The notes under the pieces are model-generated. The model worked only from the letters and a program-made list of their open reading frames with translations. It was not told the DNA's origin and made no database searches. Shown piece after piece: positions 1-15,000 of a DNA stretch of 35,758 nucleotides (position 1 is its first letter; the number at the start of each line of letters is the position of its first letter). The stretch covers positions 1-35,758 of the forward strand of contig DDKR01000153.1 of the NCBI GenBank assembly GCA_002340085.1, in the 5' to 3' direction. Position numbers and translations under genes: made by a program. The DNA is from Candidatus Omnitrophica bacterium UBA2593. Its GTDB lineage: Bacteria; Omnitrophota; Gorgyraeia; Gygaellales; UBA2593.

Positions 1-1
1 A

Positions 2-3000
2 GATAAAAATGATAAATTTACTTTCTTCGTCGCACCTACTTTGGATAAAGAGAGTAAGAAAGAGGGTAAAAAAGAAGGAATTACTCGGCCTGATTTTAGC
101 GGGGTTAAGATTAAAGTAGATAAAAACGGCAATGCAATCTGGCAAGGCCGAGCCTCTTTTTATCTTAGCAATTTCTCACCTTATTTTACAGGCTCAATTT
201 CTCAGGATTTAAGGGGTTATTCAGGTTCGGTTTCGGGTGGAAGAGCACCATGGGTGTTTATTTACAATGAGAAAAATGAAAAAATCGGTAATCATACTCT
301 TATGCCTGGTGAATTTGCCTTTGACAGGCAGGGAAATTTATCCAAAGGCGCTTACTACGATAGTCTTTGTAAGAAGGTAATTACTGCAGAGGAGTTAAGA
401 AGCAGGACCGCTGTTTCTCGGAAGGTGGATATCGGAAATTTGAAAAAAGGTGATAAGCTTACTACGACAGATGGTCAGGAACTCGTGGTAGTATTTATTG
501 AGGGTAAAATGACAGCCTTAAGAGACAAAGATAAAAATTACTATCTGTTCTTCAGGGACCGCCTTTATCCTTACAAGGAGGTAAAGAGACGTAGGGAGAT
601 AGCTAAGTTGATTGGAGAAAGAGTAGATATCTTTGACGATAAAAAATTTACAGAAACAGTTACCCGGGCTTTAGGCAAAGGAAAGATTTCTATTCTACCT
701 GACGGAAGCTTTGTTTCTACTAAAGAATTAATGCCGGGCGAGATACGCAGGCCGAATGAATTGTTAAAGCAATATGTAGATGATTTTAAGAAGGGCGCTA
801 TTAAGACAGAAGATAAAAATGTTGAGAAGGTTTATAAGACTATGGCGAAATTAGATGCAGAGCGTAAATTTTTTGGTCGGTGGGGAAACAAGCTCTCGTG
901 GGAGGAGTTAGCTAAAAATGTTGATCGAGAGTCACTAATTAAATTTATTGAACACCGAGGTTATCTGGAGACTTTAAAAGGTAAGGATAATAAGAAGAAT
1001 GCAAGTTTAGGGCCTTGTGTGAAGATACACGCCGAACTTGGTGAAGTTGCGAAAAAGTTAGGTATAGATTTAGAGATGGTTTATGTTGAGGGATTGGAGG
1101 AGCCTCATGTCGCCCTTTATGATCCTGAGAAAAGAAGGATAATCGATGTGACTTATCAGAAAGAATATCCAGATAATGCTATTATAAAATTTAGGGGTAA
1201 AGAGATTAGCTGGGGAGAATTTAAGAAGAATCATAAAGATAATTTTGAGGGATATAAACCTTCTGCTATTTATAGCCAACAACTAGCGCAATTTTATTTA
1301 AAGGTCGGTAATTTAGGAGAGGCAGCAAGATGGGCAGAGAAGGCCTATAGAGAGGATAAAAAGACTAAAGAGTTAGCAGATATCTTTAATAATTTAGGTA
1401 ATGCTTATGGCAGGAAAGAAGGACTTTTTGTTGAACCGAAAAGAGAATTTTTTCAGCTCTTACACTGTTATAAAAGAGCAAGGGAGTTATATAAGTTAGA
1501 GGGAGATAATGAGAGAGCTGCCAAACTTAGTGAGTTAATCAAATTTCTTGATGCACACAGCACAGTTCCTACTCTTCACTTTGACCACAAGAATGGCTGT
1601 TATGTGTCTCGGATAATAGAGGAAGAATATTCTCATAGGCCTCTGCCCAAAAAAGAGGAAGAAGGCTATCTAATTAGCCCTTTAATTAACAACTTAAAGA
1701 AAACACTTCCCGAAGGAGCAGAACTAGAACTTAATAGTAATGGTAATAGTAATGGTAAAGGAATGGAGGCATTCATTAGAAAAGAAGGAGAAAGATATAA
1801 GGTTCTTCCCGATTCTATAAAAGGAGCAGATGGTAAGGAGTATAGATTAGTTTGCAATGCGAAGAACGGAAAAGATATATATTTCTTTGATGGGGAGAAA
1901 AAGAAATTACTCCCAGAAGTTAAGGTAGGAGAGATAGGAGGAATGAACTTATGCTTAAAGACAGAAACTGATAGTAATGGTGTTGCAGGGATAGTAGAAG
2001 TCTTAGAAAGAGGAAGAGGCGAAAAGAAAGAAAGATTCAATGTTTTAGTTTCTATGAGGTCAGATGGAGGCAGCAATGCTGTATTAGTAGAAAATGAGAA
2101 AGGTAGGTATATTGTAAGCGAAGACGGAAGATTATCAAAGGTTAAGACTTATGCGGGAGGACTTATTATTGATGAGAAGGAAAGAATATGGAATTTAGAG
2201 GAGAAGAGGGAGGTTGTAAGAGAATTTGCAAGTCATAAGGCATCGGTGTTGCAAGTTATTAGTGAGTTGGTAGGGAAGGCAACTATGAAGGAGGATGGTC
2301 CTGTCGCTTCTCGCCGGCACGAAATTATCAGTAGATTAAATGAGCTAAGTGGCCTGGTGGGGAAGAGTAAGAGTAAAGAAGAATTTACTTCTGTAATACA
2401 GGAGATCCAGCTCTTTGAAAAAGTTCTTAATGCTGCAGATAAAGCACAAGAGAAGATGAAAGAGTCATGGGAGCGTACCTGTATGGAACGGGAGACAGGG
2501 ATTTCCTTAGAATCAGAGAGGTTAATGGAGGAAGGGGGAAGGCTTAATGTCTCTGCTATTGAGGCTATTTCATTCCTCTTAGAGAGAAAGTATTCAGAAG
2601 CTCAAAAGATAATGAACGATCCTCAGCTCCAGAAAGATTTGTGTGATACACCAATTAAAGTAGATTGGGATAAGAGTGGTGCTATCCAGCGGCTTAGAGT
2701 GGTACTTTGGGCTGCTCCTATATTATCAAAGGAGGGAGGTAATCTTCGTTCCCAAGCTATACAATTGAAAAAGGAAGCTATCCATTATTCGGTGGGAGGA
2801 TTTTTGGGGGTGCCAGTAGCTCTTGGTACCTATCTACCCGAAGGAGCGGCTAGTCTGGGTAGATGGTTTCGTCATCCGGTGAGATCAACACACGATGTAG
2901 TTGATGGTATTTATAACTTAGGCTCAGGGATATGGGGATTGGTTAAAAAAGAAGGTGTTGGTGGGGCTATTGGAGAGATAGCACGCCAGACCGAAGGGGC

Positions 3001-6000
3001 AATCAGGCAGGCAGATTCCTTAGATATGGCTCTCTTTGGTGCTGAACTATTGGGTGAGATTCTCGCTGCTAAGGGATTAGCCAAGGGATGTTCTATAATA
3101 GGGAATAGCGGCAAAGTAGAGAATTTTTTGGGAAGGGCAGGGAATTGGATAGTTAAGCCTATAGTTGAGTCTAGGAGAATACAGCAGATTTCGAGCACTA
3201 CACGTATACTTACTAATAAACGTATACTTACTAATAATAAAGTAGTTAATCTACTCCGTAATAAATTGCAAGTCGATAAGGTATCAAATGTACTAGGAAA
3301 AGCTGTAAAAGCTTCACCTGGGGTTCCTCAGGGAGTAATAAGGTGGATAGGCAGTACCTCTAATACTTACTCTTATATGCTTCCTTCTATGGTGGGAGTT
3401 GGTATTATCCATGACTGCTTCACGGGGAATATTTCTCTTAGCCAAGCAATATTCAAACAGTATGAGAATCTTCCCCAGACTAAAAGTCAGGCCTTAGGAT
3501 TTAGTGCGGCGTTTGCTTTAGGAGGAAAGATTTTTGGTCCTATTCATTCTAAGATTTCCTCTCTTTCTAAGATTTCCTCTCATACTTCTCAACTTTCTCC
3601 TACTGCTCAGTGTGCTGCTCAGCGTGTTGCTCAGCGTGTTGCTCAGTGGACGATCAAAACCACCTCTTTCTTGACGCTTAACCACGGCCTTCCTAATGCA
3701 GTTTCTCTACTTACTACCGGCCAACCGCTTTCCTTAGAGACAAATGCAGTGTTGTTAGTCTCCGGACTTATTGGTTGGGGTTTAGGTAAAGGAGTCTTTA
3801 TTAATTCTGCCAGTAAAATAACAGATATAGGGTTACTTCATAGCTTAGGAAGAGCAAGTCTTACTACCTTAGGAAATTTCTGTCTGCTCAATAGCATAGA
3901 TTATGCAGTCAATACAGTGATGCATAAGGTACAGACTGGCCAAGACTTGGGACTTGGAGGGCTAAAAGAAGTATGGTGGAGTAAACATACTTTGGGGAAT
4001 TTAGCTATTAGTGCAGGATTTGCTGGATTAGCTGAGATAGCTAGAGTATCTTATGTAGCAAAAGAAGTGCGCGAAGTTAAAAAGATAATAAAAGAATTTA
4101 ATATAATAAATCCAAAAGATTTTAAAGGTAATTTAGATAATTTGGTAACTGCTTTAGAAAAAGAAGGGATTTCTCCTCAGGTGCTAGAGAGGTTAGATAA
4201 GTTTAAGGTAGTACATGGAGGAAAGGAAAAGAGCTTATTAGATTTATTAGGGGAACAAGGAGTAGTTCCATTAAAAAAGTTAAGGATAGTAGGTACTGAA
4301 TATAGTGCTACAGATGCTCTCAGGACATTGAGGATTGACGAAAAGATATGGGGGGAATTAGTAAATAATCCCTCATTAAAAAGTGCTATAAACGCATTTC
4401 GGAACACCAAGGTAGCAGGAAACAATCTTTTTGATAGAGTAATGGGCTTTGTCAGAGATTCAGGAGCTTTACCTACTACACAAGCTTTAGAACTTGCTAT
4501 AAGAAATAAATTGAACTTGAAGTTTTTTGATTGGACAGCCAAAATATATTCTTCGAAATGGACAAGAGGAGGTGCGTATGTGTTGACAGGTACAGGAGTT
4601 AATCTAACCATAAAGACAGCAAGAAATTTCTTCTCTGAAGATTCTTCTACCAAAGGAGATCTCTTTAAATCTTTAAGAGAAGCTTTTACTCTGGGAAATC
4701 TAACTGAAGGAGCCTTCTTTGGTTTAGCCGCACTATATCCTCTTCAAAAATTCCAGGTCAAGATACCAACACTACCCGATGGGTCCCTAAAACCTGATTG
4801 GATAAGCCGGGTACTCGAAAAAGGAGCAAAGCTTACTCAGGATAAAGGAAGATTCGGACAACCTATTGCTCGTCTTTGTAAAGAAAAGTTATTAGCGAGA
4901 GATCTGGAGAAAATATTGAAGGCAGATAGTTATGTTTGGCGCATTTCTCAATGGGGATTTTTTAAGAAATTTTCCTATGGTGCAACAATAGGAGCCCTGG
5001 GAGAAGGTATTGGTTACACTATCGATGCTTATCGAAGAGGTGATTTCTCTTTATATGAGTTGCGTAACTCCTCAGCTAAAGGAGGTATTGCTGGAGGGCT
5101 CATTACCTGGTGGTTAGGAGGCCTTTTGGGGAGTCTTTCTTCTAACTTTTCAGCAATTACCGGAAGGAGAGAAGAAGAGATTATTGCCTTACATCGCTTC
5201 AAGTTAGGAGGTGGAGCCCATACTGGACCGAGTTGGCTCTATTACCAGTCCTTAGCCGGAGCATTAGACTGGCTTTTAGTCTCTCCTCTCTTTACTATTG
5301 GAGGAAGTTTTTATAATGGTTTACTTTCCCAATCAGGATGGGAATTTAAAGATGCTTCTGGTAAGCAAATTAAAGGTTGGTTGATTACTGGTGATGAACG
5401 CCAAGGTTTTCATCACTTAACTCCACAAGATTTAGTGCTCTCTTCTATCCAGGGACCTTCTTCTGGTAAATGGATGAAGCCACTCTTTCGTTTTACCGGG
5501 GTACAGAGCTACAGATATTCTTTTCAAGGAGGAATAGTAGAGAAATTAGATAGGTATAGAAGAGTAGTCAAAGAATATTTCTCAAAGGATTGGGGACGAG
5601 GATCCCAAGGAATTACTTGGTCAGAAGCAGTAGTAAAGCAAATCTTTGCCGGGATGGAACCTACTAAAGGGTTTGTTTCTTTTTTGCGTTGGTTTGATTC
5701 CTCAATACTTACAACACCTCTGGTAGTTAAGACCGCTGATTTCGGCTTAAAAGTTGCCGAGAAAACATTGCTTTCTCCTAAAGGAAGAGGTTTCTCTGAT
5801 TTTAGTCGGAATTGTCTCTCTTTTATCGTCCTCTTTGCTAGAAGCCATCCCTCCCACCAGGCAACGAAGGAATTGAGGGCTCTCTATCAACAGTACAAAG
5901 ATGCAGAGAGAAATATCCAGAAGAGTAATAACGCAATGGGTGAGAAATCTAAGGTTCTTGCTTTAACCGCACTCTCCAGAGATATGCGTATGCCTTTAGA

Positions 6001-9000
6001 GAAAATAATTGAGAATTCCCAAAGACAAAAAAATAACCAGGCTCTTAATAAGGCCTTTTTAGAATACGCCAGACCCCAGATTGAAAAGATTGAGCAGGTT
6101 TTACAACATTTACAATATGGACAATATGAAGGAGTAATAAATGCCTATAGAAAAACCGTAAGAAAAGGAAAAGTTTTTGCTTCTAAGGAAGACTTTATTA
6201 AGTTTGCAGAAGCAAGAGGCCTATCTCTATCTAAAGATAAGGCTAAAGAAGCATTCTATGCCTATAATTCTCGTTTGGTATTTGAGAGAGCTAAGGAGAT
6301 TGCTAAAGGAGAAAACCCAACCCCGAGAGATATAGAGAAAGCAATTAGACAACTAACGATCAGGAGTGAGGCAAGGGAGGCTTATCTAAAAAAACCTCTT
6401 CATGAGAGAATAAACGAAAGAGGCGAAGGTATCAAAAGAGGTACACGCACTACTATAAAGAATCAAGTAGAAGAGGTATTTATAGAGCAGGCAGCAAAGA
6501 TATTTGGAGAGAAATATTTTGGCACTAAGGATTTAACAAAAGTTGTAAATTCCATCAATGTAACCTACAATTTAAAGAATCACCTCTTAACAATGATTAA
6601 AGAGGGTGATTTTACTACTCCAGAACTTCTTTTTGGTGGTCAGGAATTAGCCAATGTAATAAGAGATAGTATTAGACCAGCTCTCTCTAAAAGACTACAG
6701 CGTCTCTATGATTTAGCTCTTGATATAGGAGGAGCAAAGGATATAAAGGGTTTGCTTAATCCTTATATAAAGGAAGAGGCTGAGAGGAGATTATCTAAGA
6801 TTGATCAAGAAGCACAAAGATTAGCAGGAAAAGGAGGAAGACTTCTGCCTAATCAGCAAGATTACGAAAAAGCAGTAAAAAACTTGTCAAAAGATTATTT
6901 GGGAGAAATTAAGCAAGAGGTTAGGCAGATGAGGGAAGAAAGAAAGTCTAAGGGGGAAATAAAACAAGCAATCCAACAAAAAAAGAAAGATATAAAGGAG
7001 ATGGGAATAGGTTCTCTAAGAGAACAATCTGAATTGGCAAAAGATATCCGGGAAGCTAATTTAGACTCAAAAGCCCTTTATCAAAGAAGAATGGATGGGC
7101 TTAGGAGAGAGATAAACCAAGAAGCAAAAGACATACATAAAAAAAGAACAGGCTGGAAGGCAAGATTCAGCTCGCCATCAGATGAAGATATTCAAAAAGC
7201 AACAAAGAGGGTCTTGGATAGGATACTACCTCAAAAATTACCAGGTGAGATTGATTTAGGAGAATTATATGATACAGCTTCTCAAAAGGTTTTTGGTGTG
7301 GGTTTATCTAAGATAAGAGATTTTCTTAAACAGAAGCCATCCCAGCTTAAAATTATACGTGGGAGAGCTGAAAATCGAGCAAAGCAGGCTTTAGCTAAAA
7401 AATATGGTTTTAAGAATTTTGAGGAGTTTAAAAAAAGCTTTGAAGCTCTTAAGGGTTCTACCGACGGAGTTGGAAAATCAATATCTCTTTTAGCTTATAA
7501 TGTTAAAGATTTGGCCTTCTGGTTTGAACCAATCTTACGCACCAAAGCAATTACTGAAGGCGATCTCTTAACTTTGGCTGAGAATATTTATAGTGAATCT
7601 TTGCTTATAGATTTACCATTAGATAAATTGAGTAATCTTCAGAAAAGAGTTGAGGAGAGAAAGAGACTTTTAGATAAACCAAGTCCTATAGAGGATAGGG
7701 ATTTTGCCTTTTTAAAGATAAATGACCTTATTCCCAGAGCTGCTAAATGTAAGGTCAGTTCTTTAAAACAAGCCATTGACAGAATCATTGAGTTTTATTA
7801 TCGTTCTCATCCCAAGGATGCGGCAGAAATTGAAGGTAAAAAAATAGGAGATACCATTAAGATATCTAAGGTGATAAATGGGAAGAGAAGAGATTTTAAT
7901 TTTATTCTTACCCAAGAAATCAAAGAGAAAGTAGGCACCTACTACAGTTACCTCGAAGGTCAAATTTTTGGGTTCCTTTATCAACGGCTTACTCCTTTTC
8001 AAAGAGATAGGTTAGAGAAAGAATTGCCTAAAGAGCCATCTAAAAAGATGATGAGTTTTGGTCAGGTTCTCCAAAAGGCAGGATTGAATAGAGAGATACT
8101 TCCTGCTTATTTTCAGGAGGTAATTGTTTCTTCAAGGTTTAGAGAAAGTTTCTCTCCTACTATTAAGGCAATGAGATTGATATGGGAATTGGGAAAAGAT
8201 AATGGAAAGATAAACAAGACAGAGGTTCTCAAGACAATAGAGAAGAATTTATCTAAGAAGGAACAAGGAGAGGTTAAGGATTTCTTAAATGAGTATATAG
8301 AGGTTATCTCAAAGATCAATATCTTAATCTCTACAGCGGGAGGTGAGAGAAGAGGTGAGATTGAAAGAAAGATTGCCCAGATAATCTTTAGTTCTCAAAC
8401 AAAAGATGCTAAGAAGATGGAATTCAATGTAAGGAGGGAAATCAGGAGGCATTTTGCAGATGAGAAACTCCAAGGCATAGAAAAGGATAGTAATTATAGA
8501 AAGAGGCGAGGAGAAATATGGAGAGAATTTAAAGAAGAATGGCAAGGCAAGGGAGGCATTAAAGAGCATTTAGAGAGCTTGAGTAGAAAAGCTGGAGCGA
8601 TTAAAGGTAAACATTCAGAATTTTCTGATTTAGCTACGCTTGGAGAGTTTACTGCTTTATATTCAGACATTAAGAGTTGGGGGAGTAAGATTAGTAGTCC
8701 TAAATCTGATAAGGTCTCAAAGATAGAAGCTAAAATTGCCCAAAAGAAATTAGATTTTGTTTTGGAAGGAAGGATTACGGAAGCCGAATTAGAGCGATCT
8801 TTAAAGAATTTAAGATTACAAAAAGAGGCTTATCAGGCTCAGGAAGAGGTGAAGTCGAAGGAGCGTGGATTTTTGATAAGTGAAGAATACCAACCTTCCA
8901 AAACTACTTTTAAAAAACTTAAGTCATTATTTATCAATGGGTTAAAAGGAGGAAGTTACAAGAAGCGACTAAAAAGATTTGCGCAGGCAAAGAAGGCACT

Positions 9001-12000
9001 GGAGCTGTCTTCAGACAAAGACATAGTTAAAAATTGGAAGAGGTATCAAGATAGTCTTTATTCTTTGAGCGAAAAGATAGAAGCACAATCCTTAATTGCA
9101 GAAAGAGAATTAAGACTAGTTGGAGAAAGGCCTTTGCCTAAGCCAGAATGGTTAGAGAAAATTGATAGGGTTTTAGAGACCTTAGAAAATCCCAGGAGAG
9201 AAAAGTCTTTAAAAACTTCTCTAATAGATGAGGCAACACGTAAAGAATTAAGAGATGTTTTGAAAAAGATCGAGGTTAAAAAAGACCAAGGTGAAGAATT
9301 TCAGGTAAAGATAAATGGAGAGGAGATTAGGTGCAGGATTGAATTCGAACATATAAAGAATGAAAAAGGTAAGGTTATAAAAGTTGTTAAGCCAGATACT
9401 TTTAGGATAATAAGTGGAGGAGAAAATTTAAACCAGTTTTTCAGAGATGCGATTTCTCTGCATAAAGGAGATCCTATACGAGTGGTAATGATAGTGAGAG
9501 GTGTTATTGGTAAGATTATTAGAGCAAGGGGAGGCAACCTTAAAGAATCGCAGTCTACAAGGAATATCCTTAAAGTCATCCGGGAAGCAAATATTGAAGA
9601 AGTGATGGCAAGTGGAAAGACGCTTTTGGGTACGATGGCTTTAATCTCTAACCGCTTTCTTAGTGACCGAGGAATATCTCTGTATCTTACCAAAAATACT
9701 CCTTTAGTAAAACAAGTCCTTTCAGAAAACCAGGGATGGGTGCAGTTATTTGGCTTAAAGCTTAAAGATGCAGATAGCTTGGTCTCTAATCCTTCTGTCC
9801 CTACCACTTTTATCCACCAAGCCTTCAAAGATAAAAATACTATCTTTGTGGGAAGTTATGAGCGTTTTCCTCATCTTTTAAATCGGCGTATAAATACAGA
9901 CTTCTTAAATCGCCAGAGAATAATCAAACTTCTCAACTTTTTGGCTAAGAGTAATAACTTAGTAGTAATCGATGAAGGACAGAATATCTTCCTAAATCAC
10001 TTAGAGGCGATTGTTGGTTCAGGCCATGAGAGTCTTTCTTCCTCTTATCCTAAGTATAAACTTGTATGGGAGAAGATAAGACCATTGATAAATAAAGATA
10101 TTCGAGAGATTACCCTCAAAGAGGCAAAAGAGACTACATTAAAAGAAGGAGTATCTTCAGGTCTAACCAGGGGTATAGATAAGGCAAAATTAGGCTTTGT
10201 GCGCTTCAAAGATGGTGTCTATCTTACCCCTGAAGCAGAGAAATTTATTCGTCAGAAATTAGGAGGAGAAAGATGGCTTTTATCTGGAGAGATAAGGAGT
10301 ATAGTGGAAGCAATCGTTACCGGTGGTAACCGTATTGGTTTTACTTTTGACAGAAGAGTAGTAGTTTCTTCTAAGACCGATGGCTTACAAGCAGATATGG
10401 TCTTACATAATAAATCATTGATGGTCGCTTCTGCTTTAGAAAAGGCAACTCGCGAAGGAATTAAACTATCCGAGATAAATTGGAGGCAATCCTATGCAGG
10501 AGGAAGTACTTTAGTTTCTTCCTCGGCATTTGAATTACTCACTGCTTTAGGAGGAAGAAAATCAGTTCTTTCTGGAACAATTACACCTTTAAAGTCTTTG
10601 ATAATGCTGATAAATAGCCGGCAGATAGAGACAAATACCCACTATGCCGATTTAGGTTTAGATCCTATAACCAAAACATTCTCTTATGGAATAAGGAAGA
10701 ATGGGGAATTTGAGCCAAGAACAAAGGTAAAACTCATTGATGTTGATGTGAAGAATCAGTCAATTTATTCTGCCCTTACAGAAAAACTAATAAGAAACAA
10801 AAATGATAATAAAACCAAGTTTATAATGGTAAGTGAGGAGGGAAAACCTGCCTTAGTGAGAACCCTTAGAGAAAAAGGGCTTAAAGTAGATATCTATGAT
10901 AACTCTGTAACTGAATCAAGGAAGAGAGAATTAGTCCGGAGAGTAAAACAAGGAAGAACGGGTAAGATAATTATTGGGACCTTAAACTTAGTAAAGGAAG
11001 GACTTAATTTTGGCGAAGGTATAGATATTTACTTTGCTGCGCCCATTGTTGAGTTATCCACTGCTCTCCAAGGATTCGCCCGTAACAATCGTATTAAGAA
11101 AGGGGATATGGTTTATTTCTTCTATTCCCCCAGAGAGTTGAAAAACTTCTTAATCCAGAACAAGGGAGTAAAAGAATATATTCGGCTAACAGGTGGAGAT
11201 TCTTTAGAGGGGCCTCTTCAGCGGATGCATAATCCTTCTTCTCTTTCTAAGGAAGATTTAGTAAGACTTGTATTTAAAGTTCAGGAAGCAATAAATCTCT
11301 CCCATACTGCTTTAGAGAATTTAAATAAAATATTAGAAATCACTTACTTAGTCCGGCCATTAGAACGAGTGATGAGAATGTATGCTCCTGAGACTAAGGA
11401 GTATGCTTTCTTAGTAAAGGTTTATCGCCAGGTAATCTTAGATAGGGATTCTGATTTCTATTCTACTTTTGCCTTTAAAGATATCGCTACTCCTCGTGAT
11501 ATGGCTTATCAGTCCTTATTGAGTATTTCTCATCGGGTAACTACCCTTCTGAATATCCTGAAAGGTGCTTCTAATCAGTTTATGCTCAAAGGTTCTAAAT
11601 CAGGTTATGAGCCAACTATCTCTAAATTAAAAGTTTTAGCCGATGAATCTCCTTTTATAAAGAATAAACCTAGCCAAAGGATAATGGAAAGTCTCTTTAA
11701 TGCCTGGGGATTTAGAGAAGATGTCTTAAAACACAAATTTAGTAAGAGTGGTGATGGCAATAAGTCTCCTCCTAAATTCAGTGATTTAAGGTCAGTAGAT
11801 GATGCAGTTTCCCTTGCCAAATATCTTGCTGAAAACCTTCTTCTTCCTACCATCAGAACCTCAGCCAATGTTTCAGAACCTTTAGTAAAAGCAAACAAAC
11901 AGATAACTGTAACTACCAGAGTCTTAGAGAGCGAGTTTGCCAAACAAGGAATCTCCCTATCTCCGCAACATAAGACAAAAATCGAGAGGGCCTTAGATGG

Positions 12001-15000
12001 TTATACTTCTTATACCTTTACTACCCAACGGCTCTTTACTACTATTGGAGAAATAGTCGGGGACTTAGAAAAGGAAGAAACTTATGCGAAAAATAACTTT
12101 TTAAAAGCACTAAATGCGATTTTGAATCCTTCTTCAAATTTTTCTTCACAATTAAATACTCAACTATCAGAGAAAAGTAGTCTTTTAACTGATGCTTCCA
12201 TTGTGGTTAAAGAAATAGATGAAGCTATCAGAGTAAATAAGATTGAGCTATCCTCTTCTCAAACCCAAGCTGTGCAAGATGTCTTAGCTTTAGCAGTTAA
12301 TCCCGTAGTAGACCTTGGTGATGACCATGAGCCTGTTTCATACGGATATAAGAGGTTACACCGGATTGCCCAAGGAAAGGCTTGGATTGAGTATCATCTC
12401 GGCTCTACGCAGAGTAAAGATTTCATCAGTAGGATGCCTTACTATGCTCAGGAATCGAGTGCTTGGATAGGAAGATACCTGGGAATAAATGAGAGTTGGA
12501 ATCCAGTTTTATTGAATCCGGTCTCCTGGATTCCAATCTCGAGAATAAGGAGATTTGTCCTTACCTATAAAGATCGGGGAGTAGAAAGTCTCTACAAACA
12601 AGCTTTAATAAATCCCGTAAAGTATGAGAGAAGCTTAAGAGATATTTCTCGGTTTATCTCTCCTGGACGACCTGATTACGCTTCTATTTTCTCCTCTCTT
12701 GTTCTTCCATCCGCATTTTTATCTTCCAAAGTACTTACTAGCTTAGGGTTAGGAGCAACCCTTTTAAGTTCTCCATTTATACTTGCACCTACAGCAGCTC
12801 TCTTAGGTTTAATTCCCGCTCATCTTTTAGCTAAATACTTAGCCGAACACTGGGGAAGAGATGATAATTTTGCCCGCATAAGTAAACAGTTAGATAATAT
12901 CACTGATAATAGGGAGTTAAGAGAATATCTCTTATCTTTGCGTTTAGCAGCCCAAAGAGCTCGGGAAGAAAATCTCAGCCAACTTTCTCAGTGGAAGAGG
13001 GTTCCTCAGTCTTTGCGTCCTCTTTCTCCTTTTGGTTCTTTCTATACTAAATTAGATAAGAGAGAGTCAGCAAAGAAGCCTTTTGAAGCCACAGTAGCTG
13101 AATACTATACTCCTGCTTCTTATGCTCCTCGATTATCTACTACTGAAAAGATAAAGAGAGTTCATGAGTTTTTTAAGGGAGTAGATAGCAAGAGAGCAGA
13201 GAAATTTAATTTAAAAGAACTTATTGAATATCTCCAACTTTCTCCCGGAGAAAAAATCCATAAATTCAATAAGTATTTTAAGCTTGATTTTACAGAGGAG
13301 TGGAAAGAGATCCAGGAAAAATCAGAGCAGAAAAGATCTTCCTTAGCTACAGTTAATCTAATAAAACAGGGACTCTTTAATGAAAAAGAGAGAAGGTTTT
13401 CTCTTCTACAGGTCCTCGCTGCCACAACTGAACCTATCAAGCAGGCAGATTTCAATTTTATTACAAAGAGTTTTCAGCTCCAAGGTAGACTTTCAGAATC
13501 TAGGCCTAAGAACGATAAGGAGATCCAAACCAACCAAGAGATCATTAACTCTGCTTTAGAAGAGATTGTTTCTTTAGCCGACAAACTTAGTTTCAAACAA
13601 AGAAGAGAAGAGTTGTTAAGAGAAGCAAACACAGGTGAAGTAATTAGGAGGATAAATAAGATTCTGGAGGGTAATGAAGATTTTGGGAAAAAACTCCAAG
13701 CCATATATGAACTTTCTGCAGATGAAATTTTCAATTCATCAGAGCGCCAAGAAGCTTTAGAATATTTGTTACCAAAGCAAGCCAACCAATTACCAAATCA
13801 AGCCAACCAAAAGGTAGATTTATCTTCTTTAGAGCAAGCCCTGAACTTTCTTAAACAAAGTCTAAGATATGCTCAAGAAGAAGCAGAGAAGAGTATAAGT
13901 GATGATATGGTAAAAGCAGTATGTGAAAAGATGCCGGGGAAAAAACTCAAAGATCTTAAAAAAGAGTTAGAAGGTGATTTAAGCTACTCTATCTATAGTA
14001 TTCTTACCTCACAAAGTTCATCTGAAAAACCATTCCTTAAGAAGATTTCTCAGATCGAAGCTTTAGCTGAAATTACTGCTTCTGATTGGATCTATCACTT
14101 AAGAGCAAAACAGGAGATCCATAACTCGCTTAGAGAGGCTTCGAAAGACAAAGAAAATACCACATTAAAAAATATCCCTCAAGAAGATTTCCTCAAGTCC
14201 CTCACTGAAAAATACTACATCTCTCCTCAGCAGATCTCTTCCTTACGCCAGCTCTTCAGGGATTTTAAACATCTGCTTGAGATGCAATTCAAAGCCAAAG
14301 ATGAGAAGGATAATATTAATCTCTCTTTCTATGAAAAAGGTTATTATGAGGTTAGCCTACCACTCATAGAAGAAGTATCTAAAGAAGTTACTGGTTTGCT
14401 TAAGGATTGGGTAGAAGGTAAGAATTTAGATAAAATTTGCTCTTCTTCTGAAAAATTAAAGGAATTTCCTTCTCTCATTGAGAAGACCGCAGTCTTAAAG
14501 GAAAATTTAGCTACCTATGAGAAAGAATTAGGTATTCCTCATCAAAGAGCAATAGATTTCTCTAAGCAACCTCAAGAAGCTTTTGAGCTTTTAGGAATAA
14601 GAGGAGTCGAGCTAAAAGTAGATGAAAAAGTAGAAACAAGAAAGCTTCTTTTAGATAAACTTAATACCGCAATCCCCTTACGTGCCCAAGGACTCCTTCC
14701 TTTTGGAATAAATCTTTTACAAGTTTCTACGCCCCAAGAAGACCCTATCCTTCAAGAGATAGAAAGAGATCTCAGCAGTCCTATTCAACAAGACATTCAA
14801 AATAAAGTCTATGAGACTATCCTTCAATTCCCCCAACTAAAAAAGTATCTAAAAGATAAAGTCGATGATCCTCTGAGTGTAGATAAAGCGATGGAGAAGG
14901 TCAAAGAATTGTTCTCTGAAGGCAAGATCTCTTTAAAACTTGCTTCTTCTCATATCGATACAGTAAAACTCATTGATCGGACTACAGAAGGTAAGGGTTA

